DNA from: Nitrososphaerota archaeon
Lineage (GTDB): Archaea; Thermoproteota; Nitrososphaeria; Nitrososphaerales; Nitrosopumilaceae
Length of the DNA stretch: 64,000 nt
Reading direction: 5' to 3'
Assembly: GCA_028867755.1 (NCBI GenBank)
Contig: JAGWFT010000001.1
Span: forward strand, 612,727-676,726
The notes beneath the pieces are model-generated. The model worked only from the letters and a program-made list of their open reading frames with translations, was not told the origin of the DNA and searched no databases. Position numbers and translations under genes: made by a program. Shown here piece after piece: positions 19,436-28,973 of the stretch (positions are counted from its first letter, which is position 1; each line of letters opens with the position of its first letter).

Positions 19436-20071
19436 TCAACCAAGTGCAGCAATTGTCTGCTGGAACTCGCCTAGCCTTTTCTCTAACTCTTCAACTGCAG
19501 CTTTTACTACTTGACCTGGAGCAAGGTTTCCGACTGTTTCCACAGTCAAGATATGTTCGTCTGCATTGCTACCGTCAGTTAGGACTGAAACAGTTGAAGA
19601 ATTCCACTTGGCATGCTCGCTACCACGTCCAAGTCTTGCATAAGCCTCAATCTTCAGCTTTTGACCTGGTGCCAAAGCTACTATTGGAATATTGGGATTT
19701 ACTGGTTTGACAACCTCATCTTCGGAGCTAAGATCTTGTGATGTGACAGTACGAGTTGTGTCAGAATTACCAGAATCTAGCATCAATAAAACCCTGCAAC
19801 GGCTACAGCCTACCTCACTGTGGCAATCGCATGCAGATGGTTCTACAAACCTAGAAAGATCAGTCCTCAATGGAAGCATTGCAAGTCTGTGAGATACGCC
19901 TTCATCTGCAAGAACAGACGAGTTTTCAATTATCACAACATCATCAACTGCAAAAGTAGGCACGCCAGAAAGACAAATTCTTCTAAGTGCATTGGCATAC
20001 TGAAGCGGTATTCCCTTTAGTTTAACAATAATTTTGTTTTCACTTTCTTCAATTATCTCTAGAGAAGTCAA
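19436..20071 (-). CDS. rpoD: DNA-directed RNA polymerase subunit D (Rpo3)
   Basis: ANALRR..LSGVPTFAVDDV.IIENSS, HRLAMLP, Cys cluster CDC..GCSRC, GSEHAKW. Confidence 0.96.
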   Translation of the reverse strand: MTSLEIIEESENKIIVKLKGIPLQYANALRRICLSGVPTFAVDDVVIIENSSVLADEGVSHRLAMLPLRTDLSRFVEPSACDCHSEVGCSRCRVLLMLDSGNSDTTRTVTSQDLSSEDEVVKPVNPNIPIVALAPGQKLKIEAYARLGRGSEHAKWNSSTVSVLTDGSNADEHILTVETVGNLAPGQVVKAAVEELEKRLGEFQQTIAALG

Positions 20072-20141
20072 ATCTTGTAGATGAAGACTGAAATTCCAAA
20101 TAAAAATCTAGCGAGTTTTTCTCTATAGATAAATACCGAGA

Positions 20142-20843
20142 GTGAATACCTCAGTCATGGACAAAGTTACTGTTGTTAGGTTGTCTGTAGAGGGAGAAAA
20201 GTTCGAAATTATAGTCAAACCCGATCCTGCCCTTGAGTTCAAACTTGGAAAAAGGAAGGAAATTTCAGGCATCTTAGTTTCTGATGAAGTATACGAGGAT
20301 TCTAACAAAGGAACACGTGCATCTACAGAAAAGCTGATGAAAGCGTTCAAAACTGCAGATGCCAACTCTATTGCGACAATCATACTGCAAAAAGGAGACC
20401 TTAATCTTACTACGGATCAGAGACGAAAGATGGTCTCAGAAAAGCGCAAGCAAATTGTGGACTTTATTGCAAAAACCTACGTCGATCCAAGATCCCATCT
20501 TCCACACCCGCCACTTAGAATAGAGCAAGCAATGGATGATGCTAGAGTCTCAATTGATCCATTTAGGAATCTAGATGAGCAAATAAAAGAAACGGTTGAA
20601 CATCTTCGCTCGATCATTCCTCTAAAGTCTGAAAACATGTTGCTTGAAATTATGGTACCTGCACAATTTGCAGCTCAATCTTATTCCGTGTTAAAATCAT
20701 TTGGTTCTCTGAAAAATGAACAATGGCAATCAAATGGATCTCTTAAAGTAATACTAGATATACCGGCTGCGGCAAGAGCAAATGTGATTGATAGATTGGG
20801 CTCGGTAACGAAAGGTACTGCTTCTGTTGAGGTTGCAAAATGA
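20142..20843 (+). CDS. Ribosome maturation factor SBDS/Sdo1
   Basis: GEKFEI.V.PD, LTTDQRR, DPRSHLPHPP.RIE; leads the exosome superoperon. Confidence 0.95.
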   Translation: MNTSVMDKVTVVRLSVEGEKFEIIVKPDPALEFKLGKRKEISGILVSDEVYEDSNKGTRASTEKLMKAFKTADANSIATIILQKGDLNLTTDQRRKMVSEKRKQIVDFIAKTYVDPRSHLPHPPLRIEQAMDDARVSIDPFRNLDEQIKETVEHLRSIIPLKSENMLLEIMVPAQFAAQSYSVLKSFGSLKNEQWQSNGSLKVILDIPAAARANVIDRLGSVTKGTASVEVAK

Positions 20844-21544
20844 TGGATGTAAAAAGGCGGTATGTTATACCTGGGGATGTTGTCGCAACTGGACCGTTAA
20901 GGCCAGAACAAAATGTATACCAAGATGGCGAACGAATAATCTCAACATGTGTAGGCATATCAGAAATTTTTGAGAACGCTGTAAGAGTTATTCCACTAAC
21001 TGGAGTGTATATACCAAAAACAAACGACCTGGTAATAGGCAAAGTCATTGGTACCTCGCCGTTATCTTGGGAATTTGAAATTAATTCTTGTTTTATAGGG
21101 TTTTTACCAGCACAGGATGTTTTTGGCAGAGACTATTCTCCAACTAAAGATGAATTAAAGCAGAGATTGAACATTGGTGACTTGGTTGCTGCAAGAGTTG
21201 CAAATTTTGATAGATCACGAGATCCACTTCTGACAGTTCAAGATAGAGACTTGGGTAAGATTGATTCTGGTGAACTCGTTGAGATATCGCCAAGCAAAGT
21301 ACCTAGATTGATAGGTAAGAAAGGTTCGATGATCCAAACTATAGAGATGGCAACAAAGGCAATTATAACAATAGGGCAGAATGGTTGGGTTGTAGTATCT
21401 TGCGACGATCCAGAGGGATTATTAAAGGCGATTGAAGCAGTAAAAATGGTGGATGCCCTAGCGCATACACCAAACTTGACTGAAAGAGTCAAATCTATGC
21501 TAGGAGTACCAGAGGGTGAAAATAATGACACAATTAATGAGTGA
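20840..21544 (+). CDS. rrp4: Exosome RNA-binding protein Rrp4
   Basis: YVIPGD, YIPK..DLVIG S1 domain, KH PRLIGKKGSMI, IGQNG. Confidence 0.95.
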   Translation: MMDVKRRYVIPGDVVATGPLRPEQNVYQDGERIISTCVGISEIFENAVRVIPLTGVYIPKTNDLVIGKVIGTSPLSWEFEINSCFIGFLPAQDVFGRDYSPTKDELKQRLNIGDLVAARVANFDRSRDPLLTVQDRDLGKIDSGELVEISPSKVPRLIGKKGSMIQTIEMATKAIITIGQNGWVVVSCDDPEGLLKAIEAVKMVDALAHTPNLTERVKSMLGVPEGENNDTINE

Positions 21545-22241
21545 AGATGGAATTAGATGTGATGGACGAAGAGTAGACCAACTAAGGAATATTTCGATCA
21601 AAGTTGGCGTCCTAAAGAATGCAGATGGCTCTGCATACATTGAATTTGGTAAAAATAAGATTCTTGCAGGTGTATTTGGACCACGTGATGTCCATCCAAA
21701 ACATATGGCAAATCAAGATACTGGAATTTTGCGATGTAGATATCACATGTCGCCATTTTCTGTGACTGAAAGAAAAAATCCGGCTCCATCCAGAAGAGAA
21801 ATTGAGATATCCAAAGTACTAAAAGAAGCACTTCAACCAGCTCTTATCTTGAAAGATTTTCCAAGAACTGTGATTGATGTCTTTGTGGAAGTTCTTCAGG
21901 CTGATGGCGGTTCTAGATGTGCTGCTCTTGATGCAGCAGCAGTGGCATTAGCAGATGCTGGAATACCAATGAGAGACTTGGTGTCAGCATGTGCAGCAGG
22001 TAAAGTAGCTGACAGAATAGTTCTTGATGTAAACAACGAAGAGGACCAAGAAGGTCAGGCGGATATGCCAGTTGCAATAATGCCAAACATGGGAAAAGTT
22101 ACTCTGATGCAGCTTGATGGGATTTTGACAGCAGATGAATACAAAACATGCCTGCAAACGGCCATAGGTGGTTGCAGGCAAGTCTACGAGGTCCAAAGAA
22201 GAGCACTTGTTGAAAGATATTTTGAAAGCGGAGCGCAATAA
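21516..22241 (+). CDS. rrp41: Exosome catalytic subunit Rrp41
   Basis: RCDGRR, GSAY, GPR, RYHMSPFS, QADGGSR, DVNNEED. Confidence 0.96.
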   Translation: MKIMTQLMSEDGIRCDGRRVDQLRNISIKVGVLKNADGSAYIEFGKNKILAGVFGPRDVHPKHMANQDTGILRCRYHMSPFSVTERKNPAPSRREIEISKVLKEALQPALILKDFPRTVIDVFVEVLQADGGSRCAALDAAAVALADAGIPMRDLVSACAAGKVADRIVLDVNNEEDQEGQADMPVAIMPNMGKVTLMQLDGILTADEYKTCLQTAIGGCRQVYEVQRRALVERYFESGAQ

Positions 22242-22243
22242 AA

Positions 22244-23047
22244 TTGGAGTCTGTAATACTTGATCAGTTAAAACGAAATAAAATCTTAGACTTGCTCCAA
22301 CAAGGAAAAAGACTGGATGGGAGATCTCTTGATGAGCAACGTCCTCTAATCATAGAAACAGGAGTAATTCCAAAAGCAAATGGTTCTGCTAGAGTAAAGC
22401 TAGGAAACACCGAAGTCATTACAGGAGTAAAAATACAGCCTGACAAACCATTTCCTGATCTAGGTGACAAAGGAATTCTTATCTGTACTGCTGAGATTCT
22501 TCCGCTTGCAGATCCTCTTGTAGAACCTGGGCCTCCAAATGAAGAAGTGATTGAGCTTGCCAGAGTTGTAGATCGTGGTATCAGAGAAACTGAAATGATT
22601 GATCTGCACCAACTTGTTTTAATTGAGAATAAATCTGTCGTAGGAATATTTATTGACAGTAGTGTTATTGACTCGGCTGGAAATCTTTTTGATGCCTGTT
22701 CATACGCTTCAGTGTCAGCAATTCTTTCCTGCACAGTTCCAAAATATGAAATTAAAGATGAAGCACCAGTTTTAGTCGAGGGAGTTACATCCAAGCCTCC
22801 GGTGAAAACATTGCCAGTATCAGTTACTATGGCAAGAATAGGAGATTACATAATTGTAGATCCTACAAAAGAAGAGGAAGCATGCATGGATGCAAGAATT
22901 ACAATTACCACAAATTCTGCAGGTAACATTTGTGCGCTACAGAAGGGTGGAAGTGATGGATTTTCTGTTGATCAACTTCTCAAGTGCTCAGAAATAGCAC
23001 TTTCTGTAGGAACAAAAATAAGGAAGAAATTTGAGCAGTTGATGTAG
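22244..23047 (+). CDS. rrp42: Exosome subunit Rrp42
   Basis: RLDGRSLDE.R, ANGSA.VKLG.T, ELARVVDRGIR, VDPTKEEE. Confidence 0.96.
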   Translation: MESVILDQLKRNKILDLLQQGKRLDGRSLDEQRPLIIETGVIPKANGSARVKLGNTEVITGVKIQPDKPFPDLGDKGILICTAEILPLADPLVEPGPPNEEVIELARVVDRGIRETEMIDLHQLVLIENKSVVGIFIDSSVIDSAGNLFDACSYASVSAILSCTVPKYEIKDEAPVLVEGVTSKPPVKTLPVSVTMARIGDYIIVDPTKEEEACMDARITITTNSAGNICALQKGGSDGFSVDQLLKCSEIALSVGTKIRKKFEQLM

Positions 23048-23048
23048 C

Positions 23049-23264
23049 ATGGCAAAAGGTAAAGGATCTTCGCTAAAAGGCTTGGGTCAAAAATATGGAT
23101 TAAAACCACGCAAAAAGTTCACTGCAGTACATAGATTATTGAAATCAAAGCGAAGATGCCCAGATTGTGGCTCACTTCGATTCGGTAGGGAAGCAGTTGG
23201 CATATGGGTATGCAAGAAATGTGGTTTCAAAGTAGCAGGCATGGCCTATGACGTCAAACTATAG
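23049..23264 (+). CDS. rpl37ae: 50S ribosomal protein L37Ae (eL43)
   Basis: GLGQKYG, CPDCG...GIWVCKKCG zinc ribbon. Confidence 0.93.
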   Translation: MAKGKGSSLKGLGQKYGLKPRKKFTAVHRLLKSKRRCPDCGSLRFGREAVGIWVCKKCGFKVAGMAYDVKL

Positions 23265-23493
23265 TGCTGAAATCAAAATTTTTGCTGGTAGAAAAAACAA
23301 GGCAATTTTCAAGTCTCTAGAGACTGATAACAAATTTTATGATGAAAACCCAACTCAGACAAATATGTCGCTTGACAAAGAGATTACAATTCTAATTGAC
23401 ACCCAAGAACTTTCACATCTTCGTGCCAACTTGAATTCTACCCTGAGACTTGTTCAGACAAGTAACGATGCAATCGAATCGGTAAAAATATAA
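23248..23493 (+). CDS. pcc1: KEOPS complex subunit Pcc1
   Basis: 81-aa ORF with LRANLNSTLRLV in its conserved position between rpl37ae and prefoldin. Confidence 0.8.
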   Translation: MTSNYSAEIKIFAGRKNKAIFKSLETDNKFYDENPTQTNMSLDKEITILIDTQELSHLRANLNSTLRLVQTSNDAIESVKI

Positions 23494-23516
23494 GCAAAAC
23501 AACTACTCGAACAAGC

Positions 23517-23909
23517 ATGTCGTCAGGAGAACAAATTCCACCATGGTTACAAGAACAAGTAGGAAGATTGCAACAATTACAACAAAATCTTCAATCAATC
23601 ATGGCTCAAAAACAACATCTGGAGGCAGAACAACTCGAAACAGAAAGAGCTCTTGATACACTAAAGAAGGCAAGCGATAACGATGCAGTTTACAAGGTAG
23701 CAGGCTCGATTCTTGTCAAATCGACAAAAGTAACTCTGGTCTCAGAGCTTGAGGAAAGAAAGGAACTTGCAAACACACGTCTAACTGTACTGGCAAAACA
23801 AGAATCTAGACTAAAAGAAAATCTTAAAGAAGCAGAAACAAAAATCCGAGAAATGTTGCGTGGTCCTCCAGCAGCTCCAGGCGGACAAAAGACAGATACT
23901 CCTAAATAA
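23517..23909 (+). CDS. pfdB: Prefoldin beta subunit
   Basis: Q-rich coiled coil, VYKVAGSILVK hairpin. Confidence 0.94.
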   Translation: MSSGEQIPPWLQEQVGRLQQLQQNLQSIMAQKQHLEAEQLETERALDTLKKASDNDAVYKVAGSILVKSTKVTLVSELEERKELANTRLTVLAKQESRLKENLKEAETKIREMLRGPPAAPGGQKTDTPK

Positions 23910-23935
23910 AATACTGACTGAATTTTAGCGATTCA

Positions 23936-24622
23936 ATGAAGATAGAAGACCTGAGAATGGTAATTGACGAACGAGAAAAAAAGAGTGGCATTCCTGATCT
24001 ATTAAAAGAAATTGGAGTGAAAGTAGAGATGAAAAATTTACCAATAGGAGATTATATTGTTGCTTCTGAAACAGTAGTAGAAAGAAAGAGTGTATATGAT
24101 TTTATTTCATCAGTTTTTGATGGTAGGCTATTTGATCAATGTAATAGACTGAAGGAACATTTTGAGCATCCGGCTATAATAATAGAGGGCAACATTGATG
24201 AGATAACTCAACATGCTGAAAACCCACTGGTCTTTTATGGCGCAATCTCCTCTGTCGCATTAGATTTCAAGATACCTGTCTTGCCAACTCCAAATGCATC
24301 AAATACAGCCAAGTTGCTAGTTGCAATGTGTGCAAGACAGGGAAAGACAAAAGGACCATTTCTTAAGAAAATAAGAAAGTCGGGAGATATTCATCGACAG
24401 CAATTGTCTGTTTTATGCAGCCTACCAGGCATAGGTGAAAAACTTGCATCACGAATGTTGGAAAGATTTGGATCTCCAAATAACTCACTTAATGCATCTA
24501 TTGCAGATCTCTCAAAGATTGAAGGCATGGGTGAATCACGAGCAAAAAAAATACGACAATTACTTGATGTACAAACAAAAAATGACAAAAAAATTGGCCA
24601 GAAAACTTTGCACGATATTTGA
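23936..24622 (+). CDS. xpf: XPF/ERCC4 structure-specific endonuclease (short form)
   Basis: IDERE, GDY, VERKSVYD, GRLFDQ, tandem HhH (PGIGEK, EGMGES). Confidence 0.92.
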   Translation: MKIEDLRMVIDEREKKSGIPDLLKEIGVKVEMKNLPIGDYIVASETVVERKSVYDFISSVFDGRLFDQCNRLKEHFEHPAIIIEGNIDEITQHAENPLVFYGAISSVALDFKIPVLPTPNASNTAKLLVAMCARQGKTKGPFLKKIRKSGDIHRQQLSVLCSLPGIGEKLASRMLERFGSPNNSLNASIADLSKIEGMGESRAKKIRQLLDVQTKNDKKIGQKTLHDI

Positions 24623-24662
24623 TATACGATAAAATACTGCTCCTTAGCTTGAACAACCAGAT

Positions 24663-25421
24663 ATGATAATTTCTCATTCTTGGCTTGCTGAACATTACAA
24701 TGATTCTGATCTTGTCATCTTGGATTCTAGGGGAAATGTTGCTTATTCATATGCACACATTCCAAAGTCGCAGCCTCTTGGAGTAGAAAAAGTAGTCAAG
24801 ATGACTGACTCTGGAGCAAATCTTGTTCTGGAATCTGAAAATGCTGCTATCTTATTTGGTTCGCTTGGAATCGATGAAACAAAGACCGTGATAATATACG
24901 GTGATTATATGGATCCATCTGCAGCAAGAATAGCCTGGACTCTGCTATACTATGGGCATGAGAAAACAAAGATCCTTGACATTGGAATCAGAAGTTGGCA
25001 TCAAAAAGGACTTGCAATCACAAAAGAAGTTTACAAAGCAAGCCCTGTAACATTTGTGCCAAAAATAAATTCATCTATTAGAATGGAGGCAGAAGAAGTT
25101 CAAAAGAAAATAAATTCTGCTTTTATCATTGATGCTAGATCTCCACAAGAGTATATGGGCGGAAGAATACCTAATGCAGTTCTCCTTCCCTTCACTGATG
25201 GAGTAGGCGAGAAAGGCTCTCTTTTCAAAGAAAAAGATGAACTTGTACAGATCTTCGAAGAACAAAAAATTCCAAAAGACAAAGAATTAGTATGCTATTG
25301 TGCACTTGGTCACAGAGCAGCAAATGTGTTTGTTCAACTTACTATTGCTGGCTATGAAAATGTCAAACTGTATGATGGCTCCTTTGCAGACTGGATGGGA
25401 CGAAGACTACCTCTTGGATGA
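24663..25421 (+). CDS. Sulfurtransferase (double rhodanese domain)
   Basis: LDSRG..AY..AHIP, DARS..EY, CYCALGHRAA, YDGSFADW. Confidence 0.9.
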   Translation: MIISHSWLAEHYNDSDLVILDSRGNVAYSYAHIPKSQPLGVEKVVKMTDSGANLVLESENAAILFGSLGIDETKTVIIYGDYMDPSAARIAWTLLYYGHEKTKILDIGIRSWHQKGLAITKEVYKASPVTFVPKINSSIRMEAEEVQKKINSAFIIDARSPQEYMGGRIPNAVLLPFTDGVGEKGSLFKEKDELVQIFEEQKIPKDKELVCYCALGHRAANVFVQLTIAGYENVKLYDGSFADWMGRRLPLG

Positions 25422-25883
25422 TTTTCGCATCAGTTTGCTTCCACAGATTGGGCAAATAGAATCTTTTGAAAAATTTGATTTGCAACCGGGGCAAAAATAA
25501 ACCCAACTTACCTTATTTGCACCTTTTGTCATGACTGGAATGACCTTCAAATTCAGATGTTTTGCTACATTTGAAACCGCAAAATCGTCTGTAACCAGCT
25601 CTCCTCCTAACTGCAAACCTAATGCAATAACTGAAACATCTTCTTTAGAAAGATGATGATGGTCTCCAGTCTCCTCTGATTTTTCAAGTGTCATTTCTAT
25701 GAATTTTTTTTCTGGTTCAATAATTTTCAATCTGTCTGATTCTATGAGAACTGTTATTGCGCCATGATCTTTTTTGATGTGTTTGACTTCTTCAAAAACT
25801 AATGGTGTGGTATAGTTGATATCTTGTGACAAGAATGGTATACCTGCGTAAAAAGAGGTAGCATCTAAAATTCTAAAAACCAA
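25407..25883 (-). CDS. nob1: NOB1-like PIN endonuclease with Zn ribbon
   Basis: ILDATSF, LS..D, TDDFAV.N, CPGC...CPICG. Confidence 0.9.
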   Translation of the reverse strand: MVFRILDATSFYAGIPFLSQDINYTTPLVFEEVKHIKKDHGAITVLIESDRLKIIEPEKKFIEMTLEKSEETGDHHHLSKEDVSVIALGLQLGGELVTDDFAVSNVAKHLNLKVIPVMTKGANKVSWVYFCPGCKSNFSKDSICPICGSKLMRKSSKR

Positions 25884-26688
25884 GTTTGCTCATCTGTCTC
25901 AGACCTCTCTTCTTGAGCCTCACAAATACTGCTTGTTTTTTGTACTTTCTAATCGTGATCACCTCATCAAATCTTGCTGCCTTTACTACTTGGGCATCCA
26001 TAATTATGTTGGAATCGTGATTGCTGATTATCTCAATTTTTTCATCTGGCACTACTATGGAAGGCAATTTGTTAACTGGTGCCACTGGAGTTATTATCAG
26101 AACGTCCAAGCTTTCATGCAGTATTGGACCTCCCAAAGAATACGAGTGTCCGGTTGAACCGCTTGGAGTTGCAATTATCACACCATCCATCTTCTGTGTA
26201 ACAGTATCATTTTGGAATCTTATCTCAAAAAGCGATGTTTTGGTGAGATTTTGTCTGTTAATGTATATCTCATTTAGTGCAGTAGGAAACTCTTGACCTG
26301 CACAAGAGGCGACAACTCTAGTTCTTTTATCTAACAGTATGTTACCTGAGATTATCTGATCTATTGCAGTATCTATTTCTGGTAATGTTATTTCTGATAA
26401 AATTCCTCTGTTTCCACCAACATTAATGGCTAAATTTGGAACCTCATTTTCTAAATATCTAAATGTACGCAGAGTAGTACCATCGCCGCCAAGCGTGATT
26501 GTGAGATCAAGCTTTGTAGCCTTGAGGTCTTCCAGATCATCTACTTTCTTAGCTCCTTCTACCTGAACAGGAGACACTGTGTAGACTCGAACTTTTTTTC
26601 CAAGTAGCTTTTTTACTACTTTCTTTGCTGCGTCTTCTGCCTCTTTTGAGCCGACTTTGCTAACAACGGCTGCGTTATTGAGTTCCAA
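25873..26688 (-). CDS. nadK: NAD(+) kinase
   Basis: LGGDGT, GNRGIL, ALNE, DGVIIATPSGSTGHSYSLGGP. Confidence 0.94.
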   Translation of the reverse strand: MELNNAAVVSKVGSKEAEDAAKKVVKKLLGKKVRVYTVSPVQVEGAKKVDDLEDLKATKLDLTITLGGDGTTLRTFRYLENEVPNLAINVGGNRGILSEITLPEIDTAIDQIISGNILLDKRTRVVASCAGQEFPTALNEIYINRQNLTKTSLFEIRFQNDTVTQKMDGVIIATPSGSTGHSYSLGGPILHESLDVLIITPVAPVNKLPSIVVPDEKIEIISNHDSNIIMDAQVVKAARFDEVITIRKYKKQAVFVRLKKRGLRQMSKLGF

Positions 26689-26777
26689 TCAAAAGTACTA
26701 TTCCAATTTCGCTTAAAAAGCATATGATAAGTATAAAATATTAAGAACCCTTTTCTGTAACTTAATCAGAAGACGTT

Positions 26778-27623
26778 ATGAGTTATGCACATCCTGAAGT
26801 TTTGATAGATACTGAGACAGTGGCAAAAAACCTAAGCAATAATTCAATTAAGATTGTTGAAGTTGATTATGATCCGGAGAATGCATACAGGCAGGGACAC
26901 ATTCAAAATGCTAGTTTGATTTGGTGGAAGAGAGACATTAATGATCCTGTGACAAGAGATATCGTTACCAAGTCGCAATTTGAAGAACTGATGTCAAGAA
27001 ATGGAATAACTCCAGAATCTGAAGTAATTCTTTATGGTGATTTCAATAACTGGTTTGCCGCTTTTGTATTTTGGATATTCAAGTATTATGGACACGAGAA
27101 AATAAAGATCATGAACGGCGGTAGAAAAAAGTGGGAAATGGAGAAAAAACCATATACAAAAGAAGAACCGCAGATTCAAAAAACAAACTATGCGTCAAAA
27201 CCGCCAAACGAGGGAATGCGAGCTTATCTGTTTGATGTAAGAAGGGCCCTTGCAAAAACAGATACAGTCTTAGTTGATGTGCGTTCCCCAAAAGAATTCT
27301 CAGGAGAAATCACTGCACCGCCAGAATATCCTATGGAGCATGCTCAGAGGGGCGGACATATTCCTGGCGCACACAATATACCGTGGGCTACTGCTGTAAA
27401 TGATACTGATGGTACTTTCAAAGCTGTTGATGAATTGAAGAAGAATTATGAAACCAAAGGTGTTACACCGGATAAAGATGTGATTTGCTATTGTAGAATC
27501 GGAGAGAGATCATCTCATTCATGGTTTGTGTTAAAATATCTCTTGGGATATCCACAAGTCAGAAATTATGACGGTTCTTGGACTGAATGGGGTAATATGA
27601 TTGGAAACCCCATCGAAAAATAA
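26778..27623 (+). CDS. Thiosulfate sulfurtransferase (rhodanese, CysA type)
   Basis: GHIQNA, DVRSPKEFSGE, RGGHIPGA, CYCRIGERSS, YDGSWTEWGN. Confidence 0.94.
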   Translation: MSYAHPEVLIDTETVAKNLSNNSIKIVEVDYDPENAYRQGHIQNASLIWWKRDINDPVTRDIVTKSQFEELMSRNGITPESEVILYGDFNNWFAAFVFWIFKYYGHEKIKIMNGGRKKWEMEKKPYTKEEPQIQKTNYASKPPNEGMRAYLFDVRRALAKTDTVLVDVRSPKEFSGEITAPPEYPMEHAQRGGHIPGAHNIPWATAVNDTDGTFKAVDELKKNYETKGVTPDKDVICYCRIGERSSHSWFVLKYLLGYPQVRNYDGSWTEWGNMIGNPIEK

Positions 27624-27933
27624 TGAATTAGATCAGGAGCTTCCTGTACTAAGTAAAGGCATATTCTATGCCATAAGAGATGGACCTACCGATCTCATCA
27701 TGGAAGACAAAACCAAGCGAGGTCTTACAGTACAAGAGCGATCAATAGATGAAAAATACAATGTAATCTCAGAGAAGGGAATGATCTATGATATGGATGG
27801 AATTGGTCATAAAGTAGGTATCAGGTGGTTCTTTCCTAAAGATATGTACACTTTTGAGAAGGTGCTCGAGCACGCCAAAGAGATGGAAGAAAGATACAGA
27901 AAGATTCGTGAAGAGACATGTCCAGACTACTGA
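27601..27933 (+). CDS. Hypothetical protein
   Basis: 110-aa ORF overlapping the rhodanese stop; no motif recognised. Confidence 0.65.
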   Translation: METPSKNNELDQELPVLSKGIFYAIRDGPTDLIMEDKTKRGLTVQERSIDEKYNVISEKGMIYDMDGIGHKVGIRWFFPKDMYTFEKVLEHAKEMEERYRKIREETCPDY

Positions 27934-27969
27934 GAAGAGTTTTTAAAGACTTTTTTCACTAACAAACAC

Positions 27970-28926
27970 ATGTCCCTTCTTCTAAAAGATAAGGTGTACA
28001 CAGTTCAATCTGGTACTTCAAAGAGAGGGATTTATCCATTGCACAGCTACAAGCTGGGCCTTTTTCGTCTACCAATAAAATTGGAAGACAAGTATGAAAT
28101 AGATTCTATCGTTAGCGGTTTTAAGAAAATTTTTGTTATGGATCAGTTTGCCGACAGAGTCTATGCAACGTATAGGTGGAAAGAAGAAAATTCTGCTGAC
28201 CAAGATGATCGAGGATACAAACAGATTGAACTTGAAGTGCAAGTTGAGGTTGTAACAGGAGAGGTGGTTGACATGATATACCAGATCTATCCAGTTGAAA
28301 AATATGGTGATGGACTATGGGTAAAAGATTACAGAAGAAAAGCCGATGCAAATGCCAAGATGGTGATTGATACTATATTGCGTAATAGTGTTCTTGCCGA
28401 TAAGATGATTGAACATATTGTGAAAACTAAACAAGTAGAACAAGATATTGCTATCAAAGAACTGGAAGAAATGACTCCGTTGGCACAGATAGTTCCAAAT
28501 GCCAAACCCAAACCAAAGCCAGCAGCTCCTCCGCCTGGACAAGAGGCACAACAACCGGTGGAAATAGAAACCCCATCTGGTGCAAAACAAGGTCCAATAG
28601 ACGTAGAATTCAAGTCAAAACTCAAAGTTACCGAGACATTCACTGCACCATCTAGTGGTGGCAAGATTAAGATCTTCGGCCCACGAAAAGGAAATGAAGT
28701 ATTAGGCATATGGGGCGAGTTTGTCTCAGTAGATTTTGATGTCTGTATAGGAGACGGAGCATGTATTGATGCGTGTCCTGTCAAGGTTTACGAGTGGGCT
28801 GATTTTCCAGGTAGTCCATCATCTGAGAAAAAACCTTTGATGGCAAGAGAACCAGATTGTATATTCTGCTTGGCATGTGAGAATGTTTGCCCTGTACAAG
28901 CAATTAAGATCTCAAAAAAAGGCTAG
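27970..28926 (+). CDS. Protein with a C-terminal dicluster (7Fe-type) ferredoxin domain
   Basis: CIGDGACIDACP and CIFCLACENVCP. The ~200-aa N-domain is joined by a Pro-rich linker. Confidence 0.85.
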   Translation: MSLLLKDKVYTVQSGTSKRGIYPLHSYKLGLFRLPIKLEDKYEIDSIVSGFKKIFVMDQFADRVYATYRWKEENSADQDDRGYKQIELEVQVEVVTGEVVDMIYQIYPVEKYGDGLWVKDYRRKADANAKMVIDTILRNSVLADKMIEHIVKTKQVEQDIAIKELEEMTPLAQIVPNAKPKPKPAAPPPGQEAQQPVEIETPSGAKQGPIDVEFKSKLKVTETFTAPSSGGKIKIFGPRKGNEVLGIWGEFVSVDFDVCIGDGACIDACPVKVYEWADFPGSPSSEKKPLMAREPDCIFCLACENVCPVQAIKISKKG

Positions 28927-28973
28927 TAAAACAACGGTACGCCTATAAGGACTAGTGAGTTGAAAGACTCCAA

